This document shows positions 52,329 through 61,234 of a DNA stretch of 64,000 nt, in pieces. The DNA lies in assembly GCA_046048055.1 (NCBI GenBank), contig JBJOGW010000091.1, positions 1,227 to 65,226 on the forward strand, read 5' to 3'. The notes under the pieces are model-generated. The model had not been told where the DNA came from, did not search any database, and was given only the letters and a program-made list of their open reading frames with translations. The stretch comes from Planctomycetota bacterium. Its GTDB lineage: Bacteria; Planctomycetota; Phycisphaerae; Phycisphaerales; SM1A02. The translations under genes and the position numbers were made by a program. Numbering within the stretch: position 1 is the first letter of the stretch; each line of letters opens with the position of its first letter.

Positions 52329-52784
52329 ATGCTCGAGCCGATGCTTCTGAGGGAACTTGTCCGACGGCTTCCGGAACGACCGGATGCGACCATGCTCATC
52401 CGAACATGTTCCGAACAGATGTCGGCGGTCACCGGACTGGCGGCACCAACCCTGGAGCAGGCCTTCACGGAGCGGCTGCGGCGTGGCGGCGTGGCCACTT
52501 CGGAGGGCGTGGCCTTCCCCCATGCCGTGATCGCGGGGGTGCGCCGCACCGCCGTCGGCTGCCTGCTCATTCCCGGAGGCGTGGACCTGGATCCGGCCCA
52601 GCCAGCCAGCGACCTGGTCTTTGTGCTCGCTGGCGACTCCGCCCGCCCGTGGGAGCATGTTCGACTGCTCGCCCGTCTCAGTCGGATCGCCGCGGACGAG
52701 GCCTCACGAAAGCGGATCCGCGCCGCCACAACCGACGCGGCGCTGCTGGAGATCCTTCTGAAGGAGGACGCATCGCATGGATGA
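52329..52784 (+). CDS. PTS EIIA type-2 domain protein (PtsN / EIIA-Ntr-like)
   Basis: 151 aa. It aligns by eye to E. coli PtsN: GGVATSEGVAFPHAVI versus GSTGIGNGIAIPHGKL (phospho-His context), and SDLVFVLAGDSARPWEHVRLLARLSRI versus VDLLFALLVPADQTKTHLHTLSLVAKRL. Confidence 0.85.
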   Translation: MLEPMLLRELVRRLPERPDATMLIRTCSEQMSAVTGLAAPTLEQAFTERLRRGGVATSEGVAFPHAVIAGVRRTAVGCLLIPGGVDLDPAQPASDLVFVLAGDSARPWEHVRLLARLSRIAADEASRKRIRAATTDAALLEILLKEDASHG

Positions 52785-53130
52785 TGCAAAGCCAATCCTG
52801 GCAGAAGGTTCCGACACTCGAATGCTGATCCTGATCGCCAGAAGCGAGGAGAGCTTCGACCCGCTGGTGTCTGCGCTGCTCGACGCGGGCATCACCGGTG
52901 CCACCGTGCTTGAGAGCCGAGGTCTGGCGAACATCATTCGAATGGAAATGCCGATCTTTGCTGGGCTTGCATCATTGCTTCCCCAGACGACCGGCACTCG
53001 GGTGGTGCTCTCGATCGCGTCACGGTCGAGCATCGAGCAGTTGATGCGATTCATCGGTCAGCTGCCCGTGGAACGACGCCCGATCGGCGTGACGCTTCCG
53101 GTCGAGTCGGTGCTTGGGCTGGGATCCTGA
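52777..53130 (+). CDS. Small PII-like (ferredoxin-fold) protein, family unassigned
   Basis: 117 aa. A strong AAGGAGGA sits 9 nt upstream. MLILIARSEESFDPLVSALLDAGITGATVLESRG resembles the beta1-alpha1-beta2 of PII/SbtB-type proteins, followed by a loop and a second beta-alpha-beta. It overlaps the neighbours on both sides. Confidence 0.5.
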   Translation: MDDAKPILAEGSDTRMLILIARSEESFDPLVSALLDAGITGATVLESRGLANIIRMEMPIFAGLASLLPQTTGTRVVLSIASRSSIEQLMRFIGQLPVERRPIGVTLPVESVLGLGS

Positions 53131-54326
53131 TGACGGAACCGGTGCCGGTGGATCTGGATGCGGTGGGTCGGGCGATCGCCGTGATGATCGTGGCGACCGT
53201 TGCGCTGCTGCTGGCGTTTCTCTCCATCACGCGACCTGCGGCGCGACTGGCCAGGCGTCCGCTTGCCAGCGCCCTGCTGGGCGGTGGTTGGCTGGCGCTG
53301 CTGGCGGGCCTGCTGCTGGGGCCAGGCGGCTTCGAGTTGCTGCAGCGAGGTTCGGTCCTGGAACTGCGACCGCTCACGCAGTTGGGACTGGCGTGGATCG
53401 GATTTCTGGTGGGCCTGCAGCTGAAGCGATCGCTTGTCGCCGCCATTCCCGCCCTGTTGTGGCGCTGGGTGGCCGCGGATGCGGTCGTGAGCATGGTCGT
53501 GGGCACGCTCGCCGCTGGCGCCGTGCTGGCTTGGGCAAGCGGAACGACCGACGTGGGCTTGCTCTGGCCCGCTGCCTCGCTGGTGGGCGCCGCGAGCATC
53601 GGATGGTCAGGAGAATTGCGCTCGTTGCGCGGTTTCGATACCCGCGCGCCGGACGTCGCCGCCATGGTGCGTGCCGGCGCTGGGCTGTGCACCGCGGTGG
53701 CGGTGGTGATCGCCGACATCGCGAGCAGCGACTTTCACGAGTCACGGTGGCTGGTGACCACGGTGGCGGTGGTGGCAGCGGCCACGCTGAGCCTGCGGGC
53801 CGCGCTCGGGCGAAACGTGGTTCCGGACGGCGGCATCATCCTGGCGCTGCTGGCGACGCTCGCGCTGGTGGCGGGCGCTGCCGCGGCCATCCAGACCGGA
53901 CCCATTCTCGGCGGATTCCTGCTTGGGGGGGTCATCACCAACCTGCGAGGCGGATCGATGCGACGCATGGAACGCCTGGTCATGGAGAGCGAGCCAGCCG
54001 TGGCCGCGATCTTCTTCCTGCTGGCAGGCGTGCTGCTCGGCGGTGCCGACGGAGCATGGCCCTGGGTGCTCGCGGCCTGCATGGTGGGCATTCGATGCAC
54101 CCTGAAGCCGGTGGTGGCCAGCCGTGTCCCGGCATGGCTCTGGCAGCGGCCGGGCGCCGCACGCATGCAGTCAGCCGTGGTTCGACAGGCACCGATCGCG
54201 GTCGCCCTTGCGGTCGCTGCGGCGATCGATCGATATGCCATGACCGAGCGAGGCGTGCTCACGGCCGTGGTGATCTCCGGGATGGCATCGACCGTGCTGC
54301 CGCTGCTATGGAGGCGGCGCGCATGA
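53130..54326 (+). CDS. Polytopic membrane protein, divergent cation:proton antiporter (CPA)-like
   Basis: 398 aa with about 10-12 hydrophobic segments. ALLGGGWLALLAGLLLGPGGFELL...LGLAWIGFLVGLQL is like the Na_H_Exchanger family N-terminus. It has TGATG and ATGA overlaps with its neighbours. Confidence 0.6.
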   Translation: MTEPVPVDLDAVGRAIAVMIVATVALLLAFLSITRPAARLARRPLASALLGGGWLALLAGLLLGPGGFELLQRGSVLELRPLTQLGLAWIGFLVGLQLKRSLVAAIPALLWRWVAADAVVSMVVGTLAAGAVLAWASGTTDVGLLWPAASLVGAASIGWSGELRSLRGFDTRAPDVAAMVRAGAGLCTAVAVVIADIASSDFHESRWLVTTVAVVAAATLSLRAALGRNVVPDGGIILALLATLALVAGAAAAIQTGPILGGFLLGGVITNLRGGSMRRMERLVMESEPAVAAIFFLLAGVLLGGADGAWPWVLAACMVGIRCTLKPVVASRVPAWLWQRPGAARMQSAVVRQAPIAVALAVAAAIDRYAMTERGVLTAVVISGMASTVLPLLWRRRA

Positions 54327-55687
54327 GACGGCTGCTGTCTCTCCTTGCAGGAACGCTGGTGCTGCTCACCGCCGTGGCGTTGCTGCGAACATGGATCGCC
54401 GCGGAGGCCGGCACCATCGCGACGCGCGGTCCGTTCGATGATCTGGCCGTGACGCCGCCTGCAGGACTGGCGACATCGGCTCTCGCCCTGGGACTGCTCC
54501 TGCTGGGAGCCCTGCTTGCAGGCGAGATCGCGATGCTCGCCGGCCTGCCACGCGTCAGCGGTGCGCTGGTCTGGGGCATCCTGGTCGGTCCGCCGTTGCA
54601 CGAAGCCATCGGCCTGCCATGGCCCCCGCTGCTTCCCCGTGAGGAGCTCTCCTATCTGGAACTCGTCGACGCGCTGGCGGTCAGCCTGATCGGGATGGTG
54701 GCGGGCAGCGAGATCCGCGTCGCCTTTCTGCGCGCCTCGGGCGGCACCGTGGCCAGGCTGGTGGCATGCCAGTCCGCGTGCGTGCTGCTCGTGACCGCCG
54801 GCGGTCTGGTGGCCCTGAGCGGCCATCTCCCCTTGCTGGGCGAAGTGAGCACCAGGGACGCGTGGTTCGTGGCCCTGCTTGTCGGCGTGATCAGCGTGGC
54901 CAACAGCCCGGCGATCGTGGTGGCCATGATCCGGGAGGCGGGCGCGGCCGGGTTCTTTGCACGAACGGCCATGAGCATGACCGTGGCCAAGGACCTGCTG
55001 TTGGTCGTGGCATTCACGGTGCTGCTGGCCTCGTGGACGGCGACCGGGCACGGTGGAGGCGGCGCCGCCTGGCAGGTGACCTGGCACCTCAGCGGATCCC
55101 TGCTTGCGGGACTGGCCGTGGCCGGCGTGCTGCTCGTGCTGGCGTGGTCCACCCGGGCCAGACTGGACCTGCTTCTCGTGGTGGTCGGCTTCGCGATCGC
55201 GCTGGCCGGTCGACTGCTGGAGATCGCGCCACTGCTGGCGGGCATCACCGCGGGGTTCGTGCTGGTCAACGCCGCGCCCAGGCACAGTCAGCGACTCTTC
55301 AGCGCGATCGAGAACCTGCTGCCCGCGACCTACGCCCTGTTCTTCGCGGTGGCAGGCGCACGCATCGGCGTGGAGGCGCTGGCCACGCTGTGGCCGCTGG
55401 CTGCCGTCGTGGCCGGACTTCGACTGCTCGGCAACATCGGTGGGCTGCAGCTTGGATGCCGCTGGAGCGGCATCGAGGGATCCACGCGCGCCTGGCTGTG
55501 GACCAGCATGATCCCGCAGGCTGGTGTCACGATCGCGCTGGCGTCCGAGGCCCGAGCCGCGTTGCAGGACGAGCCATGGGCCATCACGCTGCACGCCCTG
55601 CTGCTCGCGGTGGTGGCCATCCATGAGCTGCTGGGGCCTCCGCTGCTGCGGCTGGGCCTGCTACGTTCGGGCGAGGTCCGGAGATGA
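54323..55687 (+). CDS. Polytopic membrane protein, cation:proton antiporter (CPA)-like, paralogous to the preceding gene
   Basis: 454 aa from ATG 54323 (MRRLLSLLAGTLVLL...). LLLLGALLAGEIAMLAGLPRVSGALVWGILVGP...LIGMVAGSEI...VISVANSPAIVVAMIRE resembles CPA-family helices. Confidence 0.68.
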   Translation: MRRLLSLLAGTLVLLTAVALLRTWIAAEAGTIATRGPFDDLAVTPPAGLATSALALGLLLLGALLAGEIAMLAGLPRVSGALVWGILVGPPLHEAIGLPWPPLLPREELSYLELVDALAVSLIGMVAGSEIRVAFLRASGGTVARLVACQSACVLLVTAGGLVALSGHLPLLGEVSTRDAWFVALLVGVISVANSPAIVVAMIREAGAAGFFARTAMSMTVAKDLLLVVAFTVLLASWTATGHGGGGAAWQVTWHLSGSLLAGLAVAGVLLVLAWSTRARLDLLLVVVGFAIALAGRLLEIAPLLAGITAGFVLVNAAPRHSQRLFSAIENLLPATYALFFAVAGARIGVEALATLWPLAAVVAGLRLLGNIGGLQLGCRWSGIEGSTRAWLWTSMIPQAGVTIALASEARAALQDEPWAITLHALLLAVVAIHELLGPPLLRLGLLRSGEVRR

Positions 55688-56466
55688 TCGACACCCACTG
55701 CCACCTCACCTACACGCAGTACGCGGGCCAGGTTCCCCAGGAGCTGGAGCGCATGCGCGCAGCCGGCGTGAGGGCCTGCATCACCGTGGGCACCACGACC
55801 GCCGACAGCGAGCGAGGCTGCTCGCTCGCCGCCGCGCATGCCGAGGTCTGGGCCAGTGCCGGCGTGCACCCGTTGCACAGCGACGAGCCCGTGGATTGGG
55901 GCCTGCTGCATCGATGCGGCATGCATCCTCGCTGCGTGGCGTGGGGTGAGTTGGGACTGGACCGCCACTACGACACGCCCTCGCAGGCCCTGCAGGTGGC
56001 GGCGCTCGAGGGCCAGCTCGATCGCATCGCGCGCTGGGCGGGCGAGGGACTGCGCAAGCCCGTCATCATCCATTGCCGCGATGCCTTCGACGACCTGCTG
56101 CCGCGACTGGCCGACAGCGGGCTGCCGGCGGACCGTTTCGTCTTTCACTGCTTCAGCGGCACCGCGGCGGAGGCACGGCGCGTGCTGGACTTCGGCGCGT
56201 GGATCAGCTTCACCGGCATCGTGACCTATCGCAACGCCCCGCAGGTGCAGGAGGCGGCCCGGCTGGTGCCCGCCGACCGGATCATGGCTGAAACCGATGC
56301 GCCATTCCTCTCGCCGGAACCCATGCGCTCCTCGAAGCCCAACCGACCGGCCCACGTGATGCTGGTGGCCCGGCAGCTGGCCATGCTGCGCGGACTGGAG
56401 GAAGATGCCTGCATGCAGCTGCTGGACCGCAACGCGTGCCGCTTCTTCGGACTGCCGGGCGCCTGA
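55684..56466 (+). CDS. tatD: TatD-family metal-dependent hydrolase/DNase
   Basis: 260 aa. Motifs are MIDTHCHL, GELGLD, IHCRDAF, VFHCFSG and ETDAPFL. It is in ATGA overlap with the upstream transporter gene. Confidence 0.9.
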   Translation: MIDTHCHLTYTQYAGQVPQELERMRAAGVRACITVGTTTADSERGCSLAAAHAEVWASAGVHPLHSDEPVDWGLLHRCGMHPRCVAWGELGLDRHYDTPSQALQVAALEGQLDRIARWAGEGLRKPVIIHCRDAFDDLLPRLADSGLPADRFVFHCFSGTAAEARRVLDFGAWISFTGIVTYRNAPQVQEAARLVPADRIMAETDAPFLSPEPMRSSKPNRPAHVMLVARQLAMLRGLEEDACMQLLDRNACRFFGLPGA

Positions 56467-56499
56467 GGACGCCATGGCCGCGCGGGATACGATCCCCGA

Positions 56500-57507
56500 A
56501 TGGACCAGCCCGCCACGCCAACGACCGAACGGGGCGTGATGACGCTGGGCGATCACCTGGACGAGCTGCGCCGTCGCCTCATGTGGGGGCTGGTGGTTCC
56601 GATCCCGATCGCCGTGCTCGCATTCGGCTGGGCGGAACCCATCCGTGACTTCCTCTGCAAGCCGGCGATCGAGGCGCTGCAGTCGCATCACCTGCCGGCA
56701 CAGTTGCAGGTGCTCAGCCCCATCGAGACGCTCGGCACCGACCTGAAGCTGGCCCTGGTCACGGCGCTGGTGCTGGGTGCCCCGTGGATCGCGCTGCAGG
56801 TGTGGAAGTTCGTGGAGCCCGGCCTGTACGCCCACGAGCGACGCTTCGTGCACCTGCTGGTGCCCCTCTCGGCCGTGCTCACGGTGTGTGGCCTGCTGCT
56901 GCTGCACTTCGTGATCATGCCCATGATGCTGCAGGTGCTGGTGGGCATGGGAAGCCAGCAGCCCGTGCGGCTGCCGATCACCGCACCCGGCGAGCAGGCC
57001 CCCGCGCTGCCCGATCTTCCGATCCTGACCGAACCTCCGGCCAGCGCGCAGCCCGGGCAGATGTGGCTCACGCCGGATCGACGGCTGCAGGTGGCCATTC
57101 CCGGCGAAGACGGCTCGCTCGAGGTGCTTGGCGTGCCGCTGCTGCAGGGTGGACGGCTGTCGCAGCAGTTCCGTCTGCGCGAGTACCTGGACTTCACGCT
57201 GGACTTCGCGCTGGGCATCACGGTGGCCTTCCAGACGCCTCTGGTGGTGCTGCTGCTGGGATGGCTCGGTGTGCTCACGCCGGACCGCCTGGGTGCCTTC
57301 CGGCGTTACGCGCTGTTCCTGTCCGCCGTGGTGGCGGCCGTGGTCACGCCGAGCGGCGATCCGTTCTCGCTGGCGCTGCTGGCGGTGCCGGTGTACCTGC
57401 TCTACGAGTTCGGCATCCTGCTGCTGCGCGTGGCGCCACCCGTGGCCGTGGCGCAAGGCGAGGTGTTCGGGCGGCTGCTGCGTCTGGTGCGCGGCCGGGA
57501 TGCCTGA
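56500..57507 (+). CDS. tatC: Sec-independent protein translocase TatC with an enlarged loop
   Basis: 335 aa. Motifs are LGDHLDELRRRL, FVEPGLYAHERRF and TPSGDPFSLALLAVPVYLLYE. An ~80-aa segment sits where E. coli TatC has a ~20-aa loop between TM3 and TM4. Confidence 0.9.
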   Translation: MDQPATPTTERGVMTLGDHLDELRRRLMWGLVVPIPIAVLAFGWAEPIRDFLCKPAIEALQSHHLPAQLQVLSPIETLGTDLKLALVTALVLGAPWIALQVWKFVEPGLYAHERRFVHLLVPLSAVLTVCGLLLLHFVIMPMMLQVLVGMGSQQPVRLPITAPGEQAPALPDLPILTEPPASAQPGQMWLTPDRRLQVAIPGEDGSLEVLGVPLLQGGRLSQQFRLREYLDFTLDFALGITVAFQTPLVVLLLGWLGVLTPDRLGAFRRYALFLSAVVAAVVTPSGDPFSLALLAVPVYLLYEFGILLLRVAPPVAVAQGEVFGRLLRLVRGRDA

Positions 57508-57511
57508 AGCC

Positions 57512-58057
57512 ATGGGCACCCGGACCATGCTGCGGCAGGAGCGGCGGTGGGTGAACAACCTGCGTCCCCACCACGCGTGGGTCACCCATCGGGATCTGCG
57601 GATGATGCGCCGGGCGCTGGACCTGGCCCGACAGGCCGCCGCAGCTGGCGAGGTGCCGGTGGGCGCGGTGATCTACCGAGGCGACGAGATCGTGGCGGAG
57701 GCGGCCAATGACCGGGAGGCCACCGCCGATCCGGGCGGACACGCCGAGATGGTGGCGTTGCGTCGCGCGGGCGCTCGGCTTGGCACGTGGCGGTTGCAGG
57801 ACTGCCGGATGGCGGTGACGCTTGAGCCGTGCCCCATGTGCGCGGGGGCCCTGGTCAACGCTCGTCTGGGTGGGCTGCTGTTCGGGGCCTTCGATCCCAA
57901 GGCAGGTGCCGTTGGCACGCTGTACGACATCCCCCGGGATCCCCGGCTCAACCACCGGCTGCCCTGCGTTGGGGGGGTGCTTGCACCGGAAGCCGCCGGA
58001 TTGCTGCGGCAATTCTTCGCGGCACGACGCGGAGCAGCCAGGTCCGGTAAACGCTGA
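57512..58057 (+). CDS. tadA: tRNA adenosine(34) deaminase
   Basis: It has the CDA-fold zinc motifs HAEMVAL and PCPMCAGAL. The start is uncertain (ATG 57512, 57527 or ~57602). Confidence 0.88.
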   Translation: MGTRTMLRQERRWVNNLRPHHAWVTHRDLRMMRRALDLARQAAAAGEVPVGAVIYRGDEIVAEAANDREATADPGGHAEMVALRRAGARLGTWRLQDCRMAVTLEPCPMCAGALVNARLGGLLFGAFDPKAGAVGTLYDIPRDPRLNHRLPCVGGVLAPEAAGLLRQFFAARRGAARSGKR

Positions 58058-58208
58058 CGGTCTGTGCACCTCAACGGTCCGGATTTGGAAGGAACCGCCT
58101 GACATCGGGCTTCCGAATACCACCTTGTGACCGTCCGCCTTGAGGGAGGCGGTCGGTGCCTGACGGGCACCTGTCAGGGATCGGGCATCGCGAGGAGAGG
58201 GACCGAAG

Positions 58209-59345
58209 ATGCACAAGTTCAGGGAAAGGCAGCGCGCCGCACGGCGCGCGACGTGCGTGCTCATCGGGGGCGGCTTGACGGCCATGCTGACGGCTTCAGC
58301 CGTGGCCAACGTGGTGACGTTCGATCCATCGGGCAGCAAGATCATGGCCGGCGACCGCAACGTGCTCGAAGGCCGTGGCGCGGTGGGCGGCGGTGAATCC
58401 CAGCCATTCAACGAGAACTTGACGGTGCGGACGATCAAGATGGGCAATCGCACCATCTCCGCGGAGCGGGGTGACTTTCGACCGCCCAGCGAGGCCCGGC
58501 TGCTGGCGGCCCAGGACGGCTCGGACTCGTTCGAGGATGTGCCCCCCGACGCCGTGAGCCGGAATGCGCAGACCAAGGCCGACTTCCGCCTGGCGCTCAC
58601 GCAGGATGTGCAGGCCCCGGACTCGATGACGCCGCTTGATGCGATGAGCACACCCGACTTCGGGCGGATGATGATGCCCGACGGGGCCCATGCCACTCGA
58701 ACCCAGATCTTCATGTCCATGCCCGAGGTCGACGATGACCCGCTGGCCAACGACGACTGGCCTGAACTGCTGATCATCGGATCCGTTCCGAGCAAGGCCA
58801 TCACCATCACCCCGATCCTGGACGGAACGCCGGGGGATCCCGAGAGCCTGGTGTTCGGCACCCCTTTCACGATCGCGCCGAGCACGCTGAGCCGCGGGGC
58901 CACGGGTCTGAGCATGGTCTTTGGTGCCGCGCCCGCGCCTGAAGCCTTGAACGTGATCGGGCTGGACATGTCCGGCGAACTGGGCGTGCTGCCGGGCCAG
59001 AGCGTGGTGGGCTACCAGATGGACGTGCCACCTGGCGCGAGCTTTCCGGTGAAGATGGTTCCTGTGGGGCAGCAGGCGGATGTTCTTGCGAGTTTCAACG
59101 ATGGATTTGCCCAGATCGTCGGTCCCGTCACCGATCCCCCGCCGAACTTGTTTGCGCCGTCGCCACCGCTGGAGTTGCCGCCGGAGGCCAATCTGCGTGA
59201 CTACGCACTGCTTCCGTTCCAGCCGAGCGATCAGGCCTTCGTCAATCCACCTGTCCCACCACCTCCGCCGCCGATCCCGGCTCCGGGTTCAGTGGCCCTG
59301 CTCGTGGGTGCCGGCTCGCTGAGCATCCGACGACGACGCGGGTGA
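58209..59345 (+). CDS. Secreted hypothetical protein with a PEP-CTERM-like C-terminal sorting signal
   Basis: 378 aa with signal peptide (CVLIGGGLTAMLTASAVA). The C-terminus PPPPPPIPAPGSVALLVGAGSLSIRRRRG has the PEP-CTERM layout: a P-x-P motif, a hydrophobic helix and an Arg cluster. Confidence 0.6.
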   Translation: MHKFRERQRAARRATCVLIGGGLTAMLTASAVANVVTFDPSGSKIMAGDRNVLEGRGAVGGGESQPFNENLTVRTIKMGNRTISAERGDFRPPSEARLLAAQDGSDSFEDVPPDAVSRNAQTKADFRLALTQDVQAPDSMTPLDAMSTPDFGRMMMPDGAHATRTQIFMSMPEVDDDPLANDDWPELLIIGSVPSKAITITPILDGTPGDPESLVFGTPFTIAPSTLSRGATGLSMVFGAAPAPEALNVIGLDMSGELGVLPGQSVVGYQMDVPPGASFPVKMVPVGQQADVLASFNDGFAQIVGPVTDPPPNLFAPSPPLELPPEANLRDYALLPFQPSDQAFVNPPVPPPPPPIPAPGSVALLVGAGSLSIRRRRG

Positions 59346-60605
59346 CTCGGCACCCGAGTCGGGCTCGTCACCCATGACCTCTGCCAGCACGCTGGTGGCG
59401 TAGCCGCCGCGCGGCAGGTCGAAGGCGACCCGGATGTAGGGACCATGCTCGTCCACGCCCGACTCCACCTGCGGATCCGTCACCCGCATTCGAAGGCTTC
59501 TCCGCTCGCCCGGCTCGCCGGTGGCTGCCAGATGCGTGGCGCCGTGGCCGAACGGCTCGAGCGCCGCGCGCTCCAGTTCCGCGCACGCGTCCTCGGCCGG
59601 CATGACCTCGGCGCCAGGCATGGGACCCGTGGGCGAGCAGTCGAAGGACAGCAGCCGCTCGTCCAGACTCCGGCCACCCTCCGACAGGTCCGCCGTGCCC
59701 ACCCGGAACAGCGATCGACCCGGATGCAGAATGGCAAGGTCGCCCGGCACGAACCGATCGAACAGCCCCAGACGCATGCGATGACCGAGCACCCGGTTGA
59801 ACGCGGCGCTCTGGGCTGCGTGCACCCAGAATTGCCGGGTGTGACGCGGAATCGCCATCACGGCCTGACGCGGTGACCGCCCGCCGGCAAGCGCCCGGAC
59901 CGCTGCGCGCTCGGCACGATCCGGACGGCTCCACGCGGAGAGGCTGGATGACATGTCTCCGGCGTCGTAACGGGCCCGGGCGTACTGCTGCGATGGCGGG
60001 AACGGTGATCCATGGCTGCCGAGCAGTTCATCGAGCAGCGCTTGCCACTGTTCCTGGGCCAGAAGCATGCCAAGCCGATGCCCGTTGAGACGGTGGCCAA
60101 ATCGCTGGCGTCCGAAGGCATTGGGGCAACCTCGTCGCGTCAACGCCTCGAGCCCCCGTCGAACCTGCGGCGCCCGCAACGGATCGCATCCGCGGATGCG
60201 GATGGAGAAGCGATTGCCTCGCAGCTGTCCCGGACGCAGTTTGGCCTGGTGCCGCCGCGCCCACAGGACCTGCAGGTTCGGATGCTGGATGACCGGCGGA
60301 TCGGGCAGGCCCGGCAGGTGCACCGAGATGGTCTGCCGCGTGATCGCCACGCGATCCTTCATGCCGGCGTGACCCACGGCGTGCACGGGCACGCCACAGT
60401 GACGGGCCACCGCATCCACCATGTCGTCGTGGCTCAGTCCGGACTTCTGGATGCCCATGTGCAGGTGCTCACCCTGGCCACTGGGCTCGACGAGCGGGGT
60501 CTCGTCCACGAGGAAATCCTCGGGGCGCGACTTGATGCGGCCCCCCAAGGGCGGCCATTCGAGCAACCGCACGGCCAGCAACGGATCCGGCACGTGTTCG
60601 CTCAC
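59289..60605 (-). CDS. truD: tRNA pseudouridine(13) synthase TruD
   Basis: Motifs are RPEDFLVDE...GQGEHLHMGIQK, GHAGMKDRVAITRQ, LRGNRFSIRIR, PNAFGRQRFG and AAQSAAFN. I infer GTG 60605 as the start, in GTGA overlap with the HAD stop. Track ATG 60686 would overlap the HAD gene by 85 nt. Confidence 0.88.
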   Translation of the reverse strand: MSEHVPDPLLAVRLLEWPPLGGRIKSRPEDFLVDETPLVEPSGQGEHLHMGIQKSGLSHDDMVDAVARHCGVPVHAVGHAGMKDRVAITRQTISVHLPGLPDPPVIQHPNLQVLWARRHQAKLRPGQLRGNRFSIRIRGCDPLRAPQVRRGLEALTRRGCPNAFGRQRFGHRLNGHRLGMLLAQEQWQALLDELLGSHGSPFPPSQQYARARYDAGDMSSSLSAWSRPDRAERAAVRALAGGRSPRQAVMAIPRHTRQFWVHAAQSAAFNRVLGHRMRLGLFDRFVPGDLAILHPGRSLFRVGTADLSEGGRSLDERLLSFDCSPTGPMPGAEVMPAEDACAELERAALEPFGHGATHLAATGEPGERRSLRMRVTDPQVESGVDEHGPYIRVAFDLPRGGYATSVLAEVMGDEPDSGAESPASSSDAQRAGTHEQGH

Positions 60606-61234
60606 GGCAGCACACCCGCCGATCGCAGCGCCGACCGGATCTGCGGCACGGTCTCGCGCGTCGGGTCCACCTGATGCGCCCGCCATCCGAGCGCCGCCGC
60701 GGCCTCAACGTTGTGCGGCAGGTCGTCGAAGTAGACGATGTCACCGCCCGAGGCGCCCACGCGATCCTGGAACGCCGCGAAGATGCGGTGATCCGGCTTC
60801 TCCAGGCCCATCTGGTGCGACGCATGCCTGTGATGAAGCCGCTGGAAGAACGACATGCCCTGCAACTGCTCCCAGTGGAGGGCATTCGTGTTGGAGAGGC
60901 AGGCAGTGCGGTGGCCGCTGGCCACGATCTCGCCAAGCACGGCGGGGACATCGGCGTACTCCCCCAGGATCCACGACGCGTGGACCCGCCGGGCCTCGGC
61001 GGCGGCCAGAGCCGAACCCGTGCAGCGGCTCAGGCCCTCGAAGAACGCCTCGTCCGGAATCGCACCCCGCTGGTGCCGTGAGATCAGGTCACGCACCGCC
61101 GCAGGATCGGCCAAGGACGGATCCACCCCGCAGGTCACGCCCGCGGCGCGACAGCCCTGATGCCAGTCACGGCAGATCCGCACCAGCACCCCGCCCAGGT
61201 CGAACGCCACCAGCACCCCTTGGGCCTGGGTCAC
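60602..61234 (-). CDS. HAD-superfamily hydrolase (subfamily IA-like)
   Basis: 210 aa. Motif I context is VLVAFDLGGVLV. CLSNTN is motif II-like. YFDDLPHNVEAA is motif IV-like. Confidence 0.78.
   Translation of the reverse strand: MTQAQGVLVAFDLGGVLVRICRDWHQGCRAAGVTCGVDPSLADPAAVRDLISRHQRGAIPDEAFFEGLSRCTGSALAAAEARRVHASWILGEYADVPAVLGEIVASGHRTACLSNTNALHWEQLQGMSFFQRLHHRHASHQMGLEKPDHRIFAAFQDRVGASGGDIVYFDDLPHNVEAAAALGWRAHQVDPTRETVPQIRSALRSAGVLP

Noticed and set aside
53114-54322. First ~400 codons of the 857-aa ORF 53114..55687
   Set aside because: This is an out-of-frame overlap of the 53130..54326 membrane protein gene and is Arg/Gly-rich. The real protein in this frame starts at ATG 54323.
55330-58969. 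751-aa and 541-aa minus-strand ORFs antisense to tatD/tatC/tadA and the PEP-CTERM-like gene
   Set aside because: They have no domains and biased composition. The plus-strand genes have clear family motifs.
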